Assembly (NCBI GenBank): GCA_002402965.1
Contig: DHGW01000010.1
Location: forward strand, 11,135-67,006
Origin: Bacteroidales bacterium UBA4788
GTDB lineage: Bacteria > Bacteroidota > Bacteroidia > Bacteroidales > VadinHA17
Length of the DNA stretch: 55,872 nt
Direction: 5' to 3'
Shown here: positions 30,957-40,051 of the stretch, piece by piece
Position numbering within the stretch: the first letter of the stretch is position 1
Layout of the letters: each line of letters begins with the position of its first letter
Position numbers and translations under genes: made by a program
The notes under the pieces: model-generated
Database searches by the model: none
Seen by the model: the letters and a program-made list of their open reading frames with translations, nothing else
Told to the model about the DNA's origin: nothing

Positions 30957-32627
30957 TTATTCTGTTTTCAATGGTAAAGTGATCGAAATGGTTGTTCCAT
31001 GGCCGATTGAAGACTCGACTTCAATCTTTCCATTATGATTCTGCACGATTCCGTGGACGATTGCCAGGCCGAGGCCTATTCCCGAAGCGTCATTTTTGGT
31101 GGTGAAGAAGGGTTCGAATATATGAGGGATATCCTCAGGGGCTATACCCGACCCGTTATCGGAAATCGCTATTCTGACGCTCTTGTTATCCGGATTGAGG
31201 GTGCGAAGGGCTATTTCTCCGTTGTACGAGACCGCCTCGGAGGCATTGACAAGCAGGGCTATGCATGCCTGTTTAATCTGGTTGGCGCTGCAGCGGATAA
31301 GGTCCTCTTTCGCGTCAATCTCAGCGATGAAGTTAATGTTGGCAATCTTCACATGATGAAGCATCAGCTCATAGGTGCCTTTTATAATCTCATTGAGGTG
31401 CCACTCCTCAAAATCCTCCTGGTCCTTGCGTGAGAAGTCAAGCAGTCCCTTTACGATATCACCGCACCGTTTAGTCTCGGTCTCGATCAGCTTGAGCTGG
31501 TTCAGCATATTCTGCCTCCTGGCCGGTGTGAGATCCGGATTTTCCAGCTGCTTGTGAACAAGTTTCGTATATACAAGGATACCCGAGAGCGGGTTGTTGA
31601 TCTCATGTGCCACCGAAGCCGAGAGCTTACCAAGTGAAGCGATCCTCTCGACATTCATAAGCTCATTGTGGGCTTCGGCCAGTTCCTCAGACTTTTTCTG
31701 AACCTTGTATTCGAGCTGTTTTGACCAGTTTTCAAGCTCCCCGGTTGCGTTGTCGAGGTGATCGAGCATGTTATTGAATGCCGTTGATACCATCTTCATG
31801 TCGTCAAGAAGGTCAGGCCTGATCTCGAGCCTGGTGCTCAACTCCCCCTGGGTGACTGCCTCGCTTGCCTTGATGATTCCAAGCAGTGGATTCTTGATCC
31901 GTTTTCGGGTGAACCAGATAAGCGTCATGACCACTATGCCGGAGATTAGCAGGGCCATAAGGAGAAACTGGACGGATGACTTCTCCAGTGCACTGTCCAG
32001 GTCCCTTAGCGGCATCCTGATAATGAGTGATCCCAGGACTTCATTACTCTTGCTGTGGGCATGGCAGTCGGCTGTATAGCAGGAGAGCTCATTGAGGATT
32101 GGCCTGCGAATGAGCATATGCCTCTGGCCGGGTTTGTTCGGATTCATTGCACAGTCGCTCTCCTCATCGATAATCATGTAGCTTCTCTCATTTCTTGAGA
32201 ACATCTCTCCAAGATCAGCATGACACGAGATACAGTCCGGATTGCTGTGGTTCTCAGCGTCAGAGGCAAAGGATGAATAAGCCAGTACCTCATTCTGGTC
32301 GTAGAGATTGACGTCATCAATGCCTGGCATAGTATTGATGATATCCAGGGTGCTGTGCAGCGTGCTCTTGTCGTTCTCCAGCATTGATTTGTAGAGGGAC
32401 GCCTCCACGATGGCACCCACATTGTTACCGTTCTGTTTCAGAACAGTGTTGAAATAGTTTACATATACCGTCCTGAACAGTGCATTGAAGGCGATGAACA
32501 TGATTATGGCCGAAAGGGTGATAATTGTGACAACCCTGCCGTAGATGGTTGACCTGAATCTGAATGTCCTGGGTAACCTTGCCAGGAACGTTTCACGGGA
32601 AGCCGGGGGATCTCCTGATGCAGTCAT
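30957..32627 (-). CDS. Membrane sensor histidine kinase with periplasmic CxxCH heme-c motif and HAMP domain
   Basis: Two TM segments flank CISCH and CYTADCH; H-box AHEINNPL; DNGSGI, FEPFFTTK, GLGL. Confidence 0.92.
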   Translation of the reverse strand: MTASGDPPASRETFLARLPRTFRFRSTIYGRVVTIITLSAIIMFIAFNALFRTVYVNYFNTVLKQNGNNVGAIVEASLYKSMLENDKSTLHSTLDIINTMPGIDDVNLYDQNEVLAYSSFASDAENHSNPDCISCHADLGEMFSRNERSYMIIDEESDCAMNPNKPGQRHMLIRRPILNELSCYTADCHAHSKSNEVLGSLIIRMPLRDLDSALEKSSVQFLLMALLISGIVVMTLIWFTRKRIKNPLLGIIKASEAVTQGELSTRLEIRPDLLDDMKMVSTAFNNMLDHLDNATGELENWSKQLEYKVQKKSEELAEAHNELMNVERIASLGKLSASVAHEINNPLSGILVYTKLVHKQLENPDLTPARRQNMLNQLKLIETETKRCGDIVKGLLDFSRKDQEDFEEWHLNEIIKGTYELMLHHVKIANINFIAEIDAKEDLIRCSANQIKQACIALLVNASEAVSYNGEIALRTLNPDNKSVRIAISDNGSGIAPEDIPHIFEPFFTTKNDASGIGLGLAIVHGIVQNHNGKIEVESSIGHGTTISITLPLKTE

Positions 32628-32655
32628 TTAAAGCTCTATTAATACCTGAAGAAAC

Positions 32656-32696
32656 ACTTTGTGATCCTCCCTGCCGGGCAGGAAGAATCACAAAGT
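32656..32696 (-). terminator. Long stem-loop between the GcvH-fusion gene and the kinase gene
   Basis: ACTTTGTGATTCTTCCTGCC...GGCAGGGAGGATCACAAAGT; the two mismatches become G-U pairs only on the minus-strand RNA; followed by GTTTCTT. Confidence 0.55.
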
Positions 32697-32761
32697 ATGT
32701 TTAAATTTTCTACAAATTACATAAAAATCTGCAATCAGAGCAAGTCCGAAGCAATTTGGGG

Positions 32762-34423
32762 TCAGTTCAGGAACCTGGACTGGAATTCTTCCCAGACTTC
32801 AGGGCCGAATTCCTCGAGGAGGCCCTCCCTCAGTTCACCGCCGTCCTGCAGAACCACATGTGCAAGTCTGACTTCGTTAGCGCCCGTGAATGATGCCAGA
32901 AAGTCTCTTATCCGTCCGAACTCTTCCCTGAGCTGAGCGGTGTATTTTGATGCGGTAAGCATGAGGCGCGAATCGTTCAGCCAGTTTTCCGGTTCGATGT
33001 CATAGATCCAACCGTCGGCATAGGGTGATGTACGGAGGATGCCGGTGTCGTTGGCAAGCTTTTCATTGCGTGATAATATAGTTCCACTGACAGGGGAGAT
33101 GATGTCAAGCTGTTTGCCCTTCTGGATTACCGAAGCGAGGCGGTCTCCCTTGCGAACCTTCTCACCGGGGGATTTGAGATTAATGCGGGAAATGGTCCCG
33201 GTGACATGCTGGAGGAAGTCGTCTATCCCCAGGGTCAGGGTGCCGTTTTTCTCCATGAAAGCCCAGGTATGGCTTTTACCGAACAGAATTCCTGCAGGTG
33301 CGGCAACTGTTTCCAGACTGAATGATCTGACCGGTGAAAGATGTTCAATCAGTGCGCTTTCAGGGGCGCGAGACCTGGTGATTCGGTAAAGGGCAAAGGC
33401 AATGAATGACACGGCCGCAATCACGCCGGCAATCCACATCCAGCCTCCTGCTCCGGCTCTGCGATGGTCTCCGGCGGGGGCGAGAGTCATTTCAGGCGCA
33501 AGCATATCCCTTCTAATCATTCCCTCACCTCCTGGAAGAGCAGTAAGACCTGCTTCTGCAATAAGTTCCTGTCCGCCGGCAAGGAGCCAGAGTACAAAAT
33601 CTGCCTGTGCCCCAGCGGAAGGCTTTGTAGCAGCTGCGCAGAAGATGCTGCTGCAGAGCTCCTTCGGGTATTTGCCGATATATACACCCCTGTTGAAACT
33701 GTCGTAATCACCGTAATACTGTTCAAAATAATCGGATTGTCCGTTGGAGTTCACATCAATTGGTATGATTTTGATCCCTTCGGCGATCCGGGTGCCATTT
33801 TCTCCGGTGATTGAAGCTAGCCTGCAGAAGAGGATTGTTTCAGGATTGCTTCTGAGTAAAGTTGTTATCTCTCCGGGAGAAGAGAGTCTCCGGGCAGTCA
33901 CAAGGCCGGGTTCGACACCGGAGAAACGTGCCAGTGACGTCAGAGCAGCATCGTCAGCAGGTATACTAACCGTAACAGGTACAGTGTTATCATTGTGAAG
34001 CAGTCGTCCCCAAGTCATTCCATCGGAAGAAGTAAGCAGCATGCCCAGACCTGCTGGATCTATCCCCCCGGACAGTACTTTCTCAATGAATGGATTGTCA
34101 GCGCTCATCACAGGAACAAGGATGTCTCGCGCTATCACAACCCTCCATTCATTCCTCATTGCCTCGTTGTCAGCAGGGGAAGCGGCGAACAACCGCAGAT
34201 CAGCATTTCCGGATTCTCCAGCCGGCAGAAGGGACACCTCTTTGCCTGTATTATTATTAAGGTACGCCCTGATCCATAATTCCGCAATTTCAGCGACTTC
34301 AGGATCAGCAGCAACTGTGAGCGCTGCCTTGCTACCCCGGATATTCCTGTTCTCTTCCTGACCAATAACGGCTCCAGCCTGCAGGAGGATGAGACCGATG
34401 ATGATAACTGCTACTCTTTTCAT
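32762..34423 (-). CDS. Membrane protein: signal peptide, periplasmic-binding-protein-like region with EF-hand-like loop, TM helix and degenerate GcvH-like domain
   Basis: Leader MKRVAVIIIGLILLQA; DVNSNGQSDYFE; TM WMWIAGVIAAVSFIAFALY; SHTW..GIDDF..SPVSG..N..SPYADGWIY. The binding-protein fold call is tentative. Confidence 0.8.
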   Translation of the reverse strand: MKRVAVIIIGLILLQAGAVIGQEENRNIRGSKAALTVAADPEVAEIAELWIRAYLNNNTGKEVSLLPAGESGNADLRLFAASPADNEAMRNEWRVVIARDILVPVMSADNPFIEKVLSGGIDPAGLGMLLTSSDGMTWGRLLHNDNTVPVTVSIPADDAALTSLARFSGVEPGLVTARRLSSPGEITTLLRSNPETILFCRLASITGENGTRIAEGIKIIPIDVNSNGQSDYFEQYYGDYDSFNRGVYIGKYPKELCSSIFCAAATKPSAGAQADFVLWLLAGGQELIAEAGLTALPGGEGMIRRDMLAPEMTLAPAGDHRRAGAGGWMWIAGVIAAVSFIAFALYRITRSRAPESALIEHLSPVRSFSLETVAAPAGILFGKSHTWAFMEKNGTLTLGIDDFLQHVTGTISRINLKSPGEKVRKGDRLASVIQKGKQLDIISPVSGTILSRNEKLANDTGILRTSPYADGWIYDIEPENWLNDSRLMLTASKYTAQLREEFGRIRDFLASFTGANEVRLAHVVLQDGGELREGLLEEFGPEVWEEFQSRFLN

Positions 34424-34464
34424 GATAATCAGATTTCTAATTTGATAATTCATAAAACACCTTA

Positions 34465-34480
34465 ACCAAGAAGCGTGCCA
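34465..34480 (-). promoter_or_regulatory. Sigma54 (-24/-12)-type promoter TGGCACG-CTTC-TTGGT
   Basis: Perfect -24 box and correct spacing, -12 reads GG instead of GC; upstream of a unit encoding a GAFTGA activator. Confidence 0.7.
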
Positions 34481-34546
34481 TTGTCTATATGTTATTATAT
34501 ATCAATGATATAGGAGCATACTATGAAATCCGGGAAGAGACATAAG

Positions 34547-34635
34547 TGTTGAAATATTCAACATAGAAATCAATCAGAATTCATAAGACATAGATATACA
34601 ATGTTATAACGGATGTGTATAAAATATATACACAT
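34547..34635. promoter_or_regulatory. Two palindromic TGT-N11-ACA candidate enhancer (bEBP) sites
   Basis: TGTTGAA-ATA-TTCAACA (34547-34563) and ATGTGTATA-AAATA-TATACACAT (34613-34635). Confidence 0.6.
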
Positions 34636-34820
34636 GATTAAAAATACAACACTGGACATCGAATGATTTGAAAACCAGCCTCTCAGCTGGAATATTTATT
34701 GCAGACATAAAGAACTTTTTATTAAGGTTCATCTGTTTTATTTCATTCCGTTGCTCCCGATGGTCACTTTTCCTATATTTGTTACTGTTTAGCAATGGAA
34801 GACGGATAAGCAGTAAAAAA

Positions 34821-36341
34821 ATGATCAAGCCTGACAATCAGATAATAGTCATATTCGGGGGCAGGGGAGACCTGGCCATGAGAAAGATAATCCCGGCACT
34901 TTATGCACTTCACATACAGGGGCTAATGCCTGAACTGTATGCTATTCTGGCTACCGGAAGGAGTCAGTTGAGTGATGAAGAATACCGCTCGGAGGTCATT
35001 AAGGCGACCGGGGTTGCAGGAACTGAGGGCGAGACGGATGCCCTGCCTCTGTTCACCGCTTCTTTTCACTATGTCACTCTTGATCCGTCCGTGCCGGAGG
35101 ATTACAAGGCACTGACCGGTGCACTTGACAGACTCAGGAGTGCTTTTGATATCCCTGCGAACACGCTGTTTTACCTCTCCCTCCCGCCTGAACTGTATGG
35201 TGACATTACAGGCAATCTTGCCAATAGCGGTCTTAACAGCGAAAGTGACGGGTGGAAGAGAATGATAATCGAGAAACCATTCGGATATGATTATGAGAGT
35301 GCAATAAACCTTAACAGGATTTTGCTCGGGCACTGGAATGAGAACCAGCTGTACAGGATCGATCACTACCTTGGCAAGGAGACTGTACAGAACATCCTGG
35401 TCACCAGGTTCTCAAATGGCATTTTTGAACCTCTCTGGAACAGGAACTATGTACATCATGTAGAGATTACATCCTCTGAGAGCCTCGGAGTGGAGAAGAG
35501 GGGGTCATATTATGAGGGTACAGGAGCGCTTCGCGATATGGTTCAGAATCATCTCCTGCATCTCGCAGGTTTCATTGCCATGGAACCTCCGTCATCTATC
35601 GACTCAACCTCCATCAGGAATGAACTCGTCAAGGTGTTTGAGTCGTTCCGGCCCATAAAGCCCGAGGAGGCAGGGAAGATTGCCATTCGAGGGCAGTATA
35701 CCGGGGCACATGTCCGGGGTGAATGGCAGAAGGGTTACCGGGATGAGGAGGGTGTTGATCCCGCTTCCGTGACCGAAACCTTTGCAGCGCTGAAATTTTA
35801 TATTGACAACTGGAGGTGGGGCGGAGTTCCTTTCTATATCAGGACAGGCAAGCGGTTGCCTACACGCGTGACCGAAGCGGTGATTCACTTCAAGCCCACG
35901 CCGCACTACCTGTTCTCTGACAAGAGTGCCTGTGATGGCTGCAACCAGCTTATAATCAGAATACAACCTGATGAGGGCATCCTTCTGAAGTTCGGATTGA
36001 AGATACCAGGTGCCGGATTCAATGTCAAGAATGTCAACATGGATTTCCATTACTCTGACCTTGCTGCAGACAGGATCCCTGATGCATATGAGAGGCTGCT
36101 GTATGACTGCATGAATGGCGACTCCACTCTTTATACCCGCTCAGATGCCGTACTGGCAGCGTGGCGGTTCCTCGATCCGGTGCTGCAGGCATGGAAGAAT
36201 GACCGGTCCGTGCCGGTCTTTGGCTACCCGGCAGGAACATGGGGTCCGGAAAGAGCGGATGACCTGATAGAAGAACCAGAGCTGACATGGCGCTACCCGT
36301 GTAGAAATCTGGCAGATGATGGTATTTATTGCGAATTATAA
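34821..36341 (+). CDS. zwf: Glucose-6-phosphate 1-dehydrogenase
   Basis: GGRGDLA, IEKPFG, RIDHYLGKE, RDMVQNH, GVPFYIRTGKRL; start placed at ATG 34821. Confidence 0.96.
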   Translation: MIKPDNQIIVIFGGRGDLAMRKIIPALYALHIQGLMPELYAILATGRSQLSDEEYRSEVIKATGVAGTEGETDALPLFTASFHYVTLDPSVPEDYKALTGALDRLRSAFDIPANTLFYLSLPPELYGDITGNLANSGLNSESDGWKRMIIEKPFGYDYESAINLNRILLGHWNENQLYRIDHYLGKETVQNILVTRFSNGIFEPLWNRNYVHHVEITSSESLGVEKRGSYYEGTGALRDMVQNHLLHLAGFIAMEPPSSIDSTSIRNELVKVFESFRPIKPEEAGKIAIRGQYTGAHVRGEWQKGYRDEEGVDPASVTETFAALKFYIDNWRWGGVPFYIRTGKRLPTRVTEAVIHFKPTPHYLFSDKSACDGCNQLIIRIQPDEGILLKFGLKIPGAGFNVKNVNMDFHYSDLAADRIPDAYERLLYDCMNGDSTLYTRSDAVLAAWRFLDPVLQAWKNDRSVPVFGYPAGTWGPERADDLIEEPELTWRYPCRNLADDGIYCEL

Positions 36342-36370
36342 TTAGTTTTATATTCAGATTAGAATCCAAA

Positions 36371-37102
36371 ATGTCACATTCAGTCAGAGTGTTCCCCACC
36401 CGTGAAGCCCTGGCTCAAAGCTTTGCGGCAATACTTATCAAGGACCTGGACCGTATAGAGCCCGATCATTACTATACCATAGCTCTGTCCGGCGGTTCCA
36501 CCCCGGAATACATCTTTCGTTACCTTTCAGAAAACTATACCGAAAGGATCAGCTGGGAGAAGCTGCTGGTTTTCTGGGGCGACGAGCGGTGTGTACCTCC
36601 CGAGGACGGGGAGAGCAACTACAGGATGGCATACGAAGCACTTCTGCAGAATGTCCCTATACCCGATGCCAACATCTTCAGGATCAGAGGGGAGGATGAT
36701 CCTGCCGCTGAAGCAAAGCAGTATTCGGAGCTTGTAACCAGCATGGTGCCCGAATACAAGGGTATACCACAGTTTGACCTTATGCTCCTCGGGCTGGGAG
36801 ACGATGGACATACGGCTTCAATCTTTCCGGACAGGCCTGATCTTTTCATTACCAGCCAACTCTTTGAAACGGCAGTCAGACCTGACAAAAAGCAGAAAAG
36901 AATAACCGCTACCGGGCGGCTTATTAACAACTCCTCAAAAATTTATTATATTGTAACCGGAAAGGGAAAAGCCTCCATTGTATCGCGTATCATAGAGGGG
37001 AAGAGCGGAGCTGAGCTCTATCCGGCTTCAAGGATTATGCCAGCTTCGGGGCATCTGGTGTGGATGCTTGATACCGGTGCAGCATCATTACTCAAGACCT
37101 GA
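36371..37102 (+). CDS. pgl: 6-phosphogluconolactonase
   Basis: ALSGGSTP, WGDERCVP, SNY, LGLGDDGHTASIFP. Confidence 0.93.
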   Translation: MSHSVRVFPTREALAQSFAAILIKDLDRIEPDHYYTIALSGGSTPEYIFRYLSENYTERISWEKLLVFWGDERCVPPEDGESNYRMAYEALLQNVPIPDANIFRIRGEDDPAAEAKQYSELVTSMVPEYKGIPQFDLMLLGLGDDGHTASIFPDRPDLFITSQLFETAVRPDKKQKRITATGRLINNSSKIYYIVTGKGKASIVSRIIEGKSGAELYPASRIMPASGHLVWMLDTGAASLLKT

Positions 37103-37132
37103 ACATCTTAATCAAATTGTAACATACATTGT

Positions 37133-38269
37133 ATGATAGCAGGAATTCTCAGGGAATCCGGAAGTGAAAAAAGGGTCGCCCTTCTTCCCGGCGAGACAGC
37201 AGCAGTTATAAAACTCGGACTAAAGGTCCTGGTGGAGGAGGGTGCAGGGGCAGCCGCCTATGCCTCTGATACAGAATACCGGTCAGCCGGAGCTTCCACA
37301 GCCTCAAGAAAAGCGGTTATCTCTGGTTCTGATCTGTTGTTTACTATAAATCCTCCCGTTACAGATGAGATCACGCTCTTCAGGGAGGGGCAGATATTGT
37401 TCACTGTGCTTGATCCGGTTGTCAACAGGGATTGGCTTGAGAAGGTACGTGCGAGGCGACTGACCGTGCTGGCGCTTGATCTTGTGCCGCGTATCACTCG
37501 TGCACAGTCGATGGATATCCTGTCCTCTATGGCAACGGTCGCCGGCTATAAGGCCGTCCTGGAAGCGGCTTCTCTGCTCCCCAGATTTTTCCCTATGTTC
37601 ATGTCAGCTGCAGGTACAATTAAACCTGCCAAAGTACTCATTCTGGGTGCCGGGGTAGCCGGACTGCAGGCTATTGCCGTAGCACGCAAGCTTGGAGCTG
37701 TGGTGGAGGTGTTTGATGTAAGGTCTGCTGTAAAGGATGAGGTTAAGAGCTTGGGTGGTAAGTTCATAGAGGTGGAAGGAGCAAAAGAGGATGCGGCTGC
37801 CGGAGGCTATGCGGTTGAACAGAGCGACGACTTCAAAAGAAAACAGCAGGAGCTGATACAGCAGCGCGCCGCAGCGGCTGACGTTATCATTGCCACTGCC
37901 CAGATACCGGGCAGACGGGCTCCGGTGCTGGTATTGAAGGAGACAGTGGCCCGAATGAAGCCAGGCTCGGTAATAGTTGACCTTGCAGCCTCAACAGGAG
38001 GAAACTGCGAGCTGACGGAAAACGGGAAAAATGTGGTTGTCAACGGGGTAACAATCGTTGGCAGATCAGATTACCCCTCAGCCATGCCGGCAGATGCCAG
38101 CAGGATGTTCGGGAATAACCTTATCAACCTGCTTAAAATCATGACGGACAAGGAAGGGAATGTAAGGCCCGATCCGGCTGATGAGATAGTCACAGGGACA
38201 ACCGCTGTAAGCGACGGAGAGTACCGCAGCCCGAGAGTTAAACAGTTACTGGATATCAAACAGATCTGA
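37133..38269 (+). CDS. pntAA: NAD(P) transhydrogenase alpha subunit, part 1 (dI)
   Basis: EKRVAL, PRITRAQSMD, GAGVAGLQA, TAQIPGRRAP, GGNCELT. Confidence 0.93.
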   Translation: MIAGILRESGSEKRVALLPGETAAVIKLGLKVLVEEGAGAAAYASDTEYRSAGASTASRKAVISGSDLLFTINPPVTDEITLFREGQILFTVLDPVVNRDWLEKVRARRLTVLALDLVPRITRAQSMDILSSMATVAGYKAVLEAASLLPRFFPMFMSAAGTIKPAKVLILGAGVAGLQAIAVARKLGAVVEVFDVRSAVKDEVKSLGGKFIEVEGAKEDAAAGGYAVEQSDDFKRKQQELIQQRAAAADVIIATAQIPGRRAPVLVLKETVARMKPGSVIVDLAASTGGNCELTENGKNVVVNGVTIVGRSDYPSAMPADASRMFGNNLINLLKIMTDKEGNVRPDPADEIVTGTTAVSDGEYRSPRVKQLLDIKQI

Positions 38270-38271
38270 AA

Positions 38272-38574
38272 ATGGAAGGAATTCTTGATTTTTTCATGGC
38301 CAACAGGGGTACCATATATATGGTTATTCTCTCTGTTTTTCTTGGCATTGAGGTGATCAGCCATGTGCCGGCAATACTTCATACACCTCTCATGTCTGGG
38401 GCAAACGCCATCCACGGCGTCGTAATCATCGGAGCAATCATCGTGATGGGTCATGCCGATACTACCGGGGCAATGATACTCGGATTCCTGGCTGTGGTGC
38501 TGGGAACTCTTAACGTTGTAGGAGGATTCGTAGTGACCGACAGGATGCTTGAAATGTTTAAAAAGAAGAAGTAA
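38272..38574 (+). CDS. pntAB: NAD(P) transhydrogenase alpha subunit, part 2
   Basis: LHTPLMSGANAIHG, NVVGGFVVTDRMLEMF. Confidence 0.95.
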   Translation: MEGILDFFMANRGTIYMVILSVFLGIEVISHVPAILHTPLMSGANAIHGVVIIGAIIVMGHADTTGAMILGFLAVVLGTLNVVGGFVVTDRMLEMFKKKK

Positions 38575-38611
38575 CCCAACATTAAGTTTGACAGTTTCAA
38601 ACAACGGCCCC

Positions 38612-40048
38612 ATGAACGACGTAATGCATTTTTCCGCAGGTCTTTCCATTCTCGAGATCTCCTACATTCTGGCATCAGTATTATTCATACTCGGGCTGAA
38701 GATGCTCAGCCATCCTCTTTCAGCGAGGAGAGGCAATTTACTGGCTGCCATTGGCATGGTACTGGCCATCGCCGCCACCCTGCTGTTTCACAGGAAGGAT
38801 GGTGAACCGATTGGCAATATTGGCTGGGTCCTCGCTGCAATGGCTGTCGGAACGGCCATCGGGTGGGTGATAGCCAGGAGGGTGAAGATGACAGCCATGC
38901 CTCAGCTGGTATCATTCTTTAACGGAATGGGTGGCGCCGCCGCAGCGCTGATCTCACTGATGGAGTTTCCGCATGTAAGCGGGGAACTCATAATGAAGAG
39001 CGGCATGGCCAACGGTCATGTGCTTGCAATTATGCTCGGACTGGTAATCGGGACGGTTTCCTGGGCCGGAAGCATGATTGCATTTGGCAAACTCGACGGC
39101 CGGATAGGTGATCTGAGGGTGAAGGCCATGAAGTATGTCAACCTTTCAATCCTGGCTGCCATCATCACCTTCATAGTCTATATTATGACACGTGATGTTG
39201 CCGCCTCCGCCGAACTGACTCACCTGGTGATCATCCTCTTCTTTGTCTCGGTTGTTTACGGAGTGCTGTTTGTTATGCCCATCGGTGGGGCTGACATGCC
39301 TGTCGTGATTTCGCTGCTGAACAGCTTTACCGGGGTGGCTGCCGCAATGGGAGGTTTTCTTTACCAGAACCAGGCGATGCTGACGGGTGGTATCCTTGTT
39401 GGTTCTGCCGGGACAATCCTTACAATCCTGATGTGCCGGGCAATGAACCGTTCGCTTCTGAATGTCATTATCGGCGTCTTCGGCGGTGGAGGAACTGCTG
39501 CCGCAGGTGCGTCGGGTACAATTAAGGAGGTGTCAGTGACTGACGCAGCTGTGCTGCTAAGCTATTCAAAAAAGGTTGTCATAGTGCCGGGATACGGACT
39601 GGCTGTGGCGCAGGCACAGCATATCTGCCACGAACTCGATAAGATGCTTGAGGAGAAGGGCGTGGAGGTGAAGTATGCCATCCACCCGGTGGCAGGACGA
39701 ATGCCCGGACACATGAATGTGCTTCTCGCAGAGGCTGATGTGCCCTATGAGCAGCTGGTGGAGAGCGATGAGATAAATCCGGACCTGCCAAATACCGACG
39801 TGATTGTCGTGATAGGCGCCAATGACGTGGTTAATCCGGCAGCTGAGGATGATCCATCGTGCCCAATATACGGGATGCCGATTGTCAAAGCCCGTGATGC
39901 AAAGAATATCATAGTGATGAAACGCGGCATGGGTAAGGGCTACGCTGCAATTGAAAACATGCTCTTCTTCAATGACAAGACACGCATGCTCTTCGGCGAT
40001 GCCAAATCAACATTGCAGGCACTGGTCAATGAGGTGAAAGCGTTGTAA
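38612..40048 (+). CDS. pntB: NAD(P) transhydrogenase beta subunit
   Basis: MTAMPQLV, IGGADMPVVISLLNS, PGYGLAVAQAQH, HPVAGRMPGHMNVLLAEA. Confidence 0.96.
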   Translation: MNDVMHFSAGLSILEISYILASVLFILGLKMLSHPLSARRGNLLAAIGMVLAIAATLLFHRKDGEPIGNIGWVLAAMAVGTAIGWVIARRVKMTAMPQLVSFFNGMGGAAAALISLMEFPHVSGELIMKSGMANGHVLAIMLGLVIGTVSWAGSMIAFGKLDGRIGDLRVKAMKYVNLSILAAIITFIVYIMTRDVAASAELTHLVIILFFVSVVYGVLFVMPIGGADMPVVISLLNSFTGVAAAMGGFLYQNQAMLTGGILVGSAGTILTILMCRAMNRSLLNVIIGVFGGGGTAAAGASGTIKEVSVTDAAVLLSYSKKVVIVPGYGLAVAQAQHICHELDKMLEEKGVEVKYAIHPVAGRMPGHMNVLLAEADVPYEQLVESDEINPDLPNTDVIVVIGANDVVNPAAEDDPSCPIYGMPIVKARDAKNIIVMKRGMGKGYAAIENMLFFNDKTRMLFGDAKSTLQALVNEVKAL

Positions 40049-40051
40049 ATA

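Noticed and set aside
32762-33320. Functional gcvH partnering gcvT at 19953
   Set aside because: The domain is membrane-fused, lacks the ESxK lipoylation motif and lies in a signalling operon.
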